Assembly: GCA_045588995.1 (NCBI GenBank)
Contig: JAZNFF010000044.1
Coordinates: forward strand, 6,174 to 70,173
DNA: 64,000 nt
Direction of reading: 5' to 3'
Source of the DNA: Acutalibacteraceae bacterium
GTDB lineage: Bacteria > Bacillota > Clostridia > Oscillospirales > Acutalibacteraceae
Positions 58,377 to 64,000 of this stretch are shown here, in pieces. Below the pieces are notes generated by a model. That model had not been told where the DNA came from and did not search any database. It saw nothing but the letters and a program-made list of their open reading frames with translations. The first letter of the stretch is position 1. Each line of letters opens with the position of its first letter. Position numbers and translations under genes: made by a program.

Positions 58377-58385
58377 TGTTATCAT
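58357..58385 (+). promoter_or_regulatory. sigma-A type promoter of the str operon (TTGACA-17-TATCAT)
   Basis: TTGACA at 58357-58362, a 17-nt spacer, then TATCAT at 58380-58385. Confidence 0.6.
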
Positions 58386-58451
58386 ACAGTAGTATGCGGA
58401 ATTGTGCGCAATTTTGCTATACTAAATATTAAAGAAAGGAGTAATGTAATA

Positions 58452-58874
58452 GTGCCTACCTTTAACCAGTTAGTTCGCAACGGCCGTGAGACAATCGAAA
58501 AGAAGGCGAAGGCTCCCGCTCTTTTAAAGGGTTATAACTCTATGAAGCGTCAGCCCACCGATAACGATTCTCCCCAGAAGCGTGGCGTATGTACTGCAGT
58601 TAAAACATCCACACCTAAGAAACCTAACTCTGCTCTTCGTAAAATTGCGAGAGTTCGTCTTTCCAACGGAATTGAAGTTTCTGCTTATATTCCCGGAATC
58701 GGACACAATTTGCAGGAGCACTCGGTTGTTCTTATTCGTGGCGGACGTGTTAAGGACCTCCCCGGTGTGCGTTACCACATCGTAAGAGGAACACTTGATA
58801 CCCAGGGTGTTGCTAACAGAATGCAGAGCCGTTCAAAATACGGCGCAAAACGTCCAAAAGCAGGTGCGAAGTAA
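58452..58874 (+). CDS. rpsL: 30S ribosomal protein S12
   Basis: Reads (M)[12 protein letters not shown]...[19 protein letters not shown]. The GTG start at 58452 sits 9 nt after AAGGAG. The track ORF from 58404 is an upstream extension. Confidence 0.97.
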   Translation: MPTFNQLVRNGRETIEKKAKAPALLKGYNSMKRQPTDNDSPQKRGVCTAVKTSTPKKPNSALRKIARVRLSNGIEVSAYIPGIGHNLQEHSVVLIRGGRVKDLPGVRYHIVRGTLDTQGVANRMQSRSKYGAKRPKAGAK

Positions 58875-59011
58875 TTTTTAAGTAGATGACGAAATCTCTG
58901 CTGTGAACAAGCAGCGGCTTATATATAAATTATATTCGCCTTGCTTGGTGCCCACGAGACTTTTGTCGCTCGAGTACCTATGATATCATTATTATGAAGG
59001 AGGGAAGCAAA

Positions 59012-59482
59012 GTGCCAAGAAGAGGCTTTATTGCTAAACGTGATGTATTGCCCGATCCTATCTACAATTCAAAGAAGGTAACCCGCCTTATCAACAACAT
59101 TATGCTTGACGGTAAGAAGGGCGTGGCTCAGAAGATAGTTTATGGTGCATTTGATATCATCACCGAAAAAACCGGAAAGGATCCCCTTGAGGTGTTTGAT
59201 ACTGCGATGGAAAATGTTATGCCGCAGTTAGAGTGTAAGGCAGTTCGTAAGGGCGGCGCCACTTATCAAGTACCTTTCGAGGTTCGTCCTGAAAGAAAGC
59301 AGACCTTAGCTCTGCGTTGGCTGACTACATTCAGCCGTGCTCGTTCCGAGCGCACAATGAAAGAGCGTCTTGCAGCTGAAATTCTTGATGCAGTTAACGG
59401 TATGGGTAATGCTGTTAAGAAGCGTGAAGAAATGCACAGAACTGCAGAAGCTAACAAAGCATTCGCCCACTACAGATGGTAA
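59012..59482 (+). CDS. rpsG: 30S ribosomal protein S7
   Basis: Reads (M)[19 protein letters not shown]...AHYRW. The GTG at 59012 follows GAAGGAGGG. Confidence 0.97.
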   Translation: MPRRGFIAKRDVLPDPIYNSKKVTRLINNIMLDGKKGVAQKIVYGAFDIITEKTGKDPLEVFDTAMENVMPQLECKAVRKGGATYQVPFEVRPERKQTLALRWLTTFSRARSERTMKERLAAEILDAVNGMGNAVKKREEMHRTAEANKAFAHYRW

Positions 59483-59541
59483 TTCTGAAATAATTATACT
59501 GATTTTTTTGTTATCCGCAGTATGCGGACAAGGAGGATTAT

Positions 59542-61623
59542 ATGCCAAGAAAGGTATCTCTTGATATGACAAGAAATATTGGTATCATGGCCCACATTGA
59601 CGCCGGTAAAACCACCACTACTGAGCGTATCCTTTTCTATACCGGTATTAACCGTAAGATGGGTGAAACTCACGACGGCGGCGCCACCATGGACTGGATG
59701 GAGCAAGAGCAGGAGAGAGGTATTACCATTACTTCTGCCGCTACCACATGTTTCTGGAAGGACCATCGTATCAATATTATCGACACTCCCGGACACGTTG
59801 ACTTCACCGTTGAAGTTCAGCGTTCACTCCGTGTACTTGACGGTTCTGTAACCGTTTTGTGCGCAAAGGGCGGTGTTGAACCCCAGTCTGAAACCGTTTG
59901 GCGTCAGGCAGACGAATATCGTGTTCCCAGAATGATTTATGTTAATAAGATGGACATTATGGGCGCCGATTACTATCATGTTCTTGACATGATTAAAGAA
60001 AGATTTAACTGCAATGCAGTTCCGATCCAGCTTCCTATCGGATGTGAGGATACTTTCAAGGGAATTATCGACCTTATCAACAACGAAGCCGAAGTTTACT
60101 ATGATGACCTCGGTAAAGATGTTAGAAAAGAGCCCATTCCCGATGACATGAAGGAACTTGCCGAGAAATATCGTACCGCTCTTATTGAGGCTGTCGTTGA
60201 ACAAGACGAAGAACTTATGGAGAAGTATTTCGAAGGCGAAGAGCCCTCTGTTGAAGAAATGAAGAAGATTATCCGTAAGGCAACCATCGCCAATGAAATG
60301 GTTCCCATTTGTTGCGGTACTTCTTATAGAAATAAGGGCGTTCAGCCCCTTTTGGATGCAATCGTTGACTTTATGCCTGCTCCTACCGATATTGAGGGCA
60401 TCAAGGGTGTAAACCCCGATACCGATGAGGAAGAAGTAAGACATTCATCCGATGATGAGCCCTTTTCAGCTCTTGCATTCAAGATTGCTACCGACCCCTT
60501 CGTTGGTAAAATCTGCTTCTTCCGTGTATATTCAGGTTCCGTTGATTCAGGTTCCGGTGTTTATAACTCGGTTAAGCAGAACCGCGAGAGAATGGGTAGA
60601 ATTCTTCAGATGCACGCTAACCACAGAGAAGATATTGAAACCTGCTATGCAGGTGATATCGCTGCTGCGGTTGGTCTTAAGAATACCACCACAGGTGATA
60701 CTCTTTGCGATGAGAAGCATCCCGTTGTTCTCGAATCTATGAACTTCCCCGAGCCCGTTATCCGCGTTGCCATCGAGCCCAAGACCAAAGCAGGTCAGGA
60801 GAAGATGGGTATCGCTCTTGCTAAGCTCGCTGAAGAAGATCCTACTTTCCGTGCATATACCGATGAGGAAACCGGTCAGACCATTATCGCCGGTATGGGT
60901 GAATTACACCTCGAAATCATCGTTGACCGTCTACTTCGTGAATTCAAGGTAGAAGCAAACGTTGGCGCTCCTCAGGTTGCATATAAAGAAAGCATTAAGA
61001 CAAAGGTTGACCACGAAACTAAGTATAAGCGTCAGTCCGGTGGTTCCGGACAGTACGGTCACGTTAAGATTATTCTTGAACCCAACGAAACAGGTAAGGG
61101 TTATGAATTCATTAACTCCGTAACAGGCGGATCCATCCCCAAAGAGTATATCCCAGCCGTTGATTCAGGTATCCAGGGTGCTATGCAGTCAGGTGTACTT
61201 GCAGGTTACAGCGTTGTTGACGTAAAGGTTACTCTTTACGACGGTTCATATCACGAAGTTGACTCTTCTGAAATGGCGTTTAAGATTGCCGGTTCTATGG
61301 CATTCAAAGATGCTGCTAAGAAGGCAAATCCTGTTATCCTTGAACCAATTATGAAGGTTGTTGTTATCACTCCAGAAGATTATATGGGTGATGTTATCGG
61401 TGACCTTAACTCTCGTCGTGGTGAAATCCAGGGCTTTGAGGACCGTTCAGGTGTTAAACAGATTAACGCAAGAGTTCCTCTTTCAGAAATGTTTGGTTAC
61501 GCTACTGACCTTCGTTCAAAGACTCAGGGCCGTGGACAGTATGTAATGGAACCAGACGGTTATAAAGAGGTTCCAAAATCAATTTCAGAATCAATTATTT
61601 CTGAAAGAAGTAAGAGAGACTAA
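59542..61623 (+). CDS. fusA: translation elongation factor G
   Basis: 693 aa. Reads [20 protein letters not shown] and [10 protein letters not shown]. Confidence 0.98.
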   Translation: MPRKVSLDMTRNIGIMAHIDAGKTTTTERILFYTGINRKMGETHDGGATMDWMEQEQERGITITSAATTCFWKDHRINIIDTPGHVDFTVEVQRSLRVLDGSVTVLCAKGGVEPQSETVWRQADEYRVPRMIYVNKMDIMGADYYHVLDMIKERFNCNAVPIQLPIGCEDTFKGIIDLINNEAEVYYDDLGKDVRKEPIPDDMKELAEKYRTALIEAVVEQDEELMEKYFEGEEPSVEEMKKIIRKATIANEMVPICCGTSYRNKGVQPLLDAIVDFMPAPTDIEGIKGVNPDTDEEEVRHSSDDEPFSALAFKIATDPFVGKICFFRVYSGSVDSGSGVYNSVKQNRERMGRILQMHANHREDIETCYAGDIAAAVGLKNTTTGDTLCDEKHPVVLESMNFPEPVIRVAIEPKTKAGQEKMGIALAKLAEEDPTFRAYTDEETGQTIIAGMGELHLEIIVDRLLREFKVEANVGAPQVAYKESIKTKVDHETKYKRQSGGSGQYGHVKIILEPNETGKGYEFINSVTGGSIPKEYIPAVDSGIQGAMQSGVLAGYSVVDVKVTLYDGSYHEVDSSEMAFKIAGSMAFKDAAKKANPVILEPIMKVVVITPEDYMGDVIGDLNSRRGEIQGFEDRSGVKQINARVPLSEMFGYATDLRSKTQGRGQYVMEPDGYKEVPKSISESIISERSKRD

Positions 61624-61641
61624 TATTTTCTCATAAAAGAC

Positions 61642-61670
61642 TTGAAATTTTTCAAGTTTATTGATACAAT
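61642..61670 (+). promoter_or_regulatory. candidate internal promoter for tuf (TTGAAA-17-TACAAT), overlapping a small palindrome
   Basis: TTGAAA at 61642-61647 and TACAAT at 61665-61670. The palindrome CTTGAAATTTTTCAAG spans the -35. Confidence 0.45.
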
Positions 61671-61724
61671 AGGTATCACAAATATTTTGTAAATTATTTT
61701 CAAAAATAAAGGGAGGAAATTCCA

Positions 61725-62921
61725 ATGGCAAAGGCAAAATTTGAAAGAAATAAACCACACGTTAATATTGGTACTATCGGTCACGTTGACCACGGTAAGA
61801 CAACATTAACAGCTGCTATCACAAAGACACTCGCTTCTAAGGGTCAGGCTGACTTCGTTGACTATGCAAACATCGATAAGGCTCCTGAAGAAAGAGAAAG
61901 AGGTATTACAATCAACACAGCTCACGTTGAGTACGAGACAGAATCACGTCACTATGCTCACGTTGACTGCCCAGGCCACGCTGACTATATCAAGAACATG
62001 ATTACAGGTGCTGCTCAGATGGACGGTGCTATCCTTGTTATCGCTTCAACAGATGGTCCTATGGCTCAGACAAAAGAACACCTTCTTCTTGCTCGTCAGG
62101 TTGGCGTTCCTTACATCATCGTTTTCATGAACAAAGTTGACCAGGTTGACGACGAAGAACTTCTTGAACTCGTTGAAATGGAAATCCGTGAAACTCTTGA
62201 CGAATATGAATTCCCAGGCGATGATACACCAATCATCAAGGGTTCAGCTCTCAAGGCTCTTGAAGCAGATTCATCTGATGACCCAGCTTGTGCTCCAATT
62301 TGGGAACTCATGGCTGCAGTTGACAGCTACATCCCAACTCCTGACCGTAAAGCAGACCAGCCATTCCTTATGCCTGTTGAAGACGTTTTCACAATCACAG
62401 GTCGTGGTACAGTTGCTACAGGTAGAGTTGAAAGAGGTCAGCTCAGAACTTCTGAAGAAGTTGAAATCGTTGGTCTTTCAGACGAAAGCAGAAAGACAGT
62501 TGTTACTGGTATCGAAATGTTCAGAAAGCTCCTTGACTATGCTGAAGCAGGTGACAACATCGGTGCTCTTCTTCGTGGTATCCAGAGAAGTGAAATTGAA
62601 CGTGGTCAGGTTCTTGCAAAGCCAGGCACAATCAAGCCACACACAAAGTTCTCAGGTCAGGTTTACGTTTTGACAAAGGATGAAGGCGGCCGTCATACTC
62701 CTTTCTTCAACAACTACAGACCTCAGTTCTATTTCAGAACAACAGACGTTACAGGTACAATTTCTCTTCCAGCAGGTACAGAAATGTGTATGCCTGGTGA
62801 TAACGTTGTTATGGACGTTGAACTCATCACTCCTATCGCTATCGAAGAAGGTCTTCGTTTCGCTATCCGTGAAGGCGGTAGAACAGTTGGTTCAGGTGTT
62901 GTTACAAAGATTAACGAATAA
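61725..62921 (+). CDS. tuf: translation elongation factor Tu
   Basis: 398 aa. Reads [28 protein letters not shown] and NKVD. Confidence 0.98.
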   Translation: MAKAKFERNKPHVNIGTIGHVDHGKTTLTAAITKTLASKGQADFVDYANIDKAPEERERGITINTAHVEYETESRHYAHVDCPGHADYIKNMITGAAQMDGAILVIASTDGPMAQTKEHLLLARQVGVPYIIVFMNKVDQVDDEELLELVEMEIRETLDEYEFPGDDTPIIKGSALKALEADSSDDPACAPIWELMAAVDSYIPTPDRKADQPFLMPVEDVFTITGRGTVATGRVERGQLRTSEEVEIVGLSDESRKTVVTGIEMFRKLLDYAEAGDNIGALLRGIQRSEIERGQVLAKPGTIKPHTKFSGQVYVLTKDEGGRHTPFFNNYRPQFYFRTTDVTGTISLPAGTEMCMPGDNVVMDVELITPIAIEEGLRFAIREGGRTVGSGVVTKINE

Positions 62922-62947
62922 TTCCTGATTATTCAACAGATTTATAT

Positions 62948-62977
62948 GCCCCTGTCAATACGACAGGGGCGTTTTTT
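62948..62977 (+). terminator. rho-independent terminator after tuf
   Basis: Stem GCCCCTGTC / GACAGGGGC with loop AATAC, followed by GTTTTTT. Confidence 0.85.
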
Positions 62978-63023
62978 ATGATTTGTAAAAAGATAAATTA
63001 TAATTTGCCAATATTTGCTGATA

Positions 63024-63052
63024 TTGACTTAATGTTTAAAATGCTTTATAAT
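63024..63052 (+). promoter_or_regulatory. consensus-like sigma-A promoter (TTGACT-17-TATAAT)
   Basis: TTGACT at 63024-63029 and TATAAT at 63047-63052, about 30 nt upstream of the DUF896 gene. Confidence 0.6.
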
Positions 63053-63084
63053 ACATAAGCACTAAAAATAAAGGAATGTATATA

Positions 63085-63297
63085 ATGGAACAGAAAAAAA
63101 TTGACAGAATAAACGAACTTGCAAAGAAAATGAAGACAGTAGGTCTTACTGAAGACGAAAAAGCTGAACAGGCTGTTCTTCGTCGTGAATACATCGACAG
63201 TTTTAAACGAAGCCTTACAGGTCAGCTTGACAATATGTATATAGTTGATGAAAAAGGCAATAAGACAAAGGTTGAACGCAAAGGCAACAAAAAATAA
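63085..63297 (+). CDS. DUF896/UPF0291 (YnzC-like) small protein
   Basis: Reads [44 protein letters not shown]..., typical of the family. The ATG at 63085 sits 8 nt after AAAGGAA. Confidence 0.8.
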   Translation: MEQKKIDRINELAKKMKTVGLTEDEKAEQAVLRREYIDSFKRSLTGQLDNMYIVDEKGNKTKVERKGNKK

Positions 63298-63351
63298 TTT
63301 GCAACAAAAATTGAATATATTGGGGTATTAAATGCTCAACAACTTGACTAA

Positions 63352-63389
63352 ACCGCTAAATATAGTGTATAATATTTAGCGGTATTTTT
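63352..63389 (+). terminator. rho-independent terminator
   Basis: Stem ACCGCTAAATA / TATTTAGCGGT followed by ATTTTTA. Confidence 0.65.
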
Positions 63390-63425
63390 ATTTACTAATG
63401 TAATTTTTTGAAAAGGATGTAATGT

Positions 63426-64000
63426 ATGGCAAAGAAACCATCTTACGGTAATGAAAGTATATCTCAGCTTAAGGGTGCTGACCGAGTTCGTAAGCGTCCC
63501 GGTGTTATTTTCGGTTCTGACGGTATCGACGGTTGTCAGCACGCTGTTTTTGAAATTCTTTCAAACTCTATTGATGAAGCAAGAGAAGGCTACGGTGACA
63601 AAATCGTTGTAACTCGTTTTCTTGACGGTTCAATTGAGGTTCAGGACTTTGGTCGAGGTATTCCTGTTGACTATAATAAAAACGAAGGCTGTTATAACTG
63701 GGAATTAGTTTTCTGCGAATTGTATGCAGGTGGTAAATATGACACCAACGATGGCGGAAACTATGAGTATTCTTTGGGTCTTAACGGTCTTGGCCTTTGT
63801 GCAACACAGTACGCATCTGAATATATGGATGCTGAAATTCATACAGGTGGTTTCAAGTATCTTCTTCACTTTGAAAAAGGTGAAATTGCAGGGGATATGA
63901 TTAAAGAGCCATACAATAAAAAGGATACAGGCTCTCGTATCCGTTGGAAGCCTGACCTTAAGGTTTTTACAGACATCAATATTCCGCTTTCATATTTTCA
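63426..64000 (+). CDS. type IIA DNA topoisomerase subunit B (GyrB/ParE family), N-terminal part, cut by window end
   Basis: Translation from the ATG at 63426 reads MAKKPSYGNESISQLKGADRVRKRPGVIFGS...EILSNSIDEA...GRGIPVD...GGKYD...GLNGLG. These are the GHKL ATPase motifs of GyrB/ParE. The ORF is open to position 64000. Confidence 0.85.
   Translation, partial: MAKKPSYGNESISQLKGADRVRKRPGVIFGSDGIDGCQHAVFEILSNSIDEAREGYGDKIVVTRFLDGSIEVQDFGRGIPVDYNKNEGCYNWELVFCELYAGGKYDTNDGGNYEYSLGLNGLGLCATQYASEYMDAEIHTGGFKYLLHFEKGEIAGDMIKEPYNKKDTGSRIRWKPDLKVFTDINIPLSYF

Noticed and set aside
59824-60444. 206-aa antisense ORF inside fusA
   Set aside because: It lies opposite a highly conserved gene and has no independent support.
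62137-62673. 178-aa same-strand alternative-frame ORF inside tuf
   Set aside because: Strong codon bias in tuf removes stops in the +1 frame. The product is low-complexity (Leu/Gln/Ser/Val-rich) and lies entirely within EF-Tu.

Overview
Low-GC Firmicutes chromosome segment with a Clostridia-type, spore-former gene set. It is almost fully coding, and the calls rest on motifs read from the supplied translations. No rRNA, tRNA or CRISPR array was seen.

Gene order, left to right:
- upp (5' part), tsaB and tsaE on the minus strand.
- A dcw division/wall cluster: mraZ-rsmH-ftsL-PBP(PASTA)-murE-mraY-ftsW-murG-murA-ftsQ-ftsZ.
- A tnpA-only IS200-type insertion sequence.
- A ~15 kb lipid/envelope-flavoured stretch. 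It holds a CE4 deacetylase, three alpha/beta hydrolases, degV-degV-fakA-plsX and a GT2-GtrA fusion. It also holds a tightly packed carrier-protein/acyltransferase cassette: an ANL-carrier didomain, a tandem PlsC-type acyltransferase, a free carrier protein and an LRAT/PLAAT homologue, with a convergent Sfp-type PPTase.
- uvrB and uvrA.
- A DUF5685 / J-domain (Cys-rich tail) / membrane-protein trio.
- Housekeeping genes: flavoprotein, cmk, ispH-S1 fusion, cls, recJ, rel, dtd, MBL hydrolase, hemZ-like, mtnN, hup, yabO-yabP-yabQ-divIC-yabR, fumarase alpha, THUMP methyltransferase, lipid kinase, groESL.
- rpsL-rpsG-fusA-tuf, then a DUF896 gene and a GyrB/ParE-family gene cut by the window end.

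Most interesting:
1. The uncharacterised carrier-protein/LPLAT/LRAT lipid-acylation cassette at 24.9-29.9 kb.
2. An abrupt synonymous-codon switch in the 3' quarter of fusA that persists through tuf to the window end. It indicates either an assembly chimera or a recombination/HGT junction.
3. The translationally coupled DUF5685/J-domain/membrane operon.
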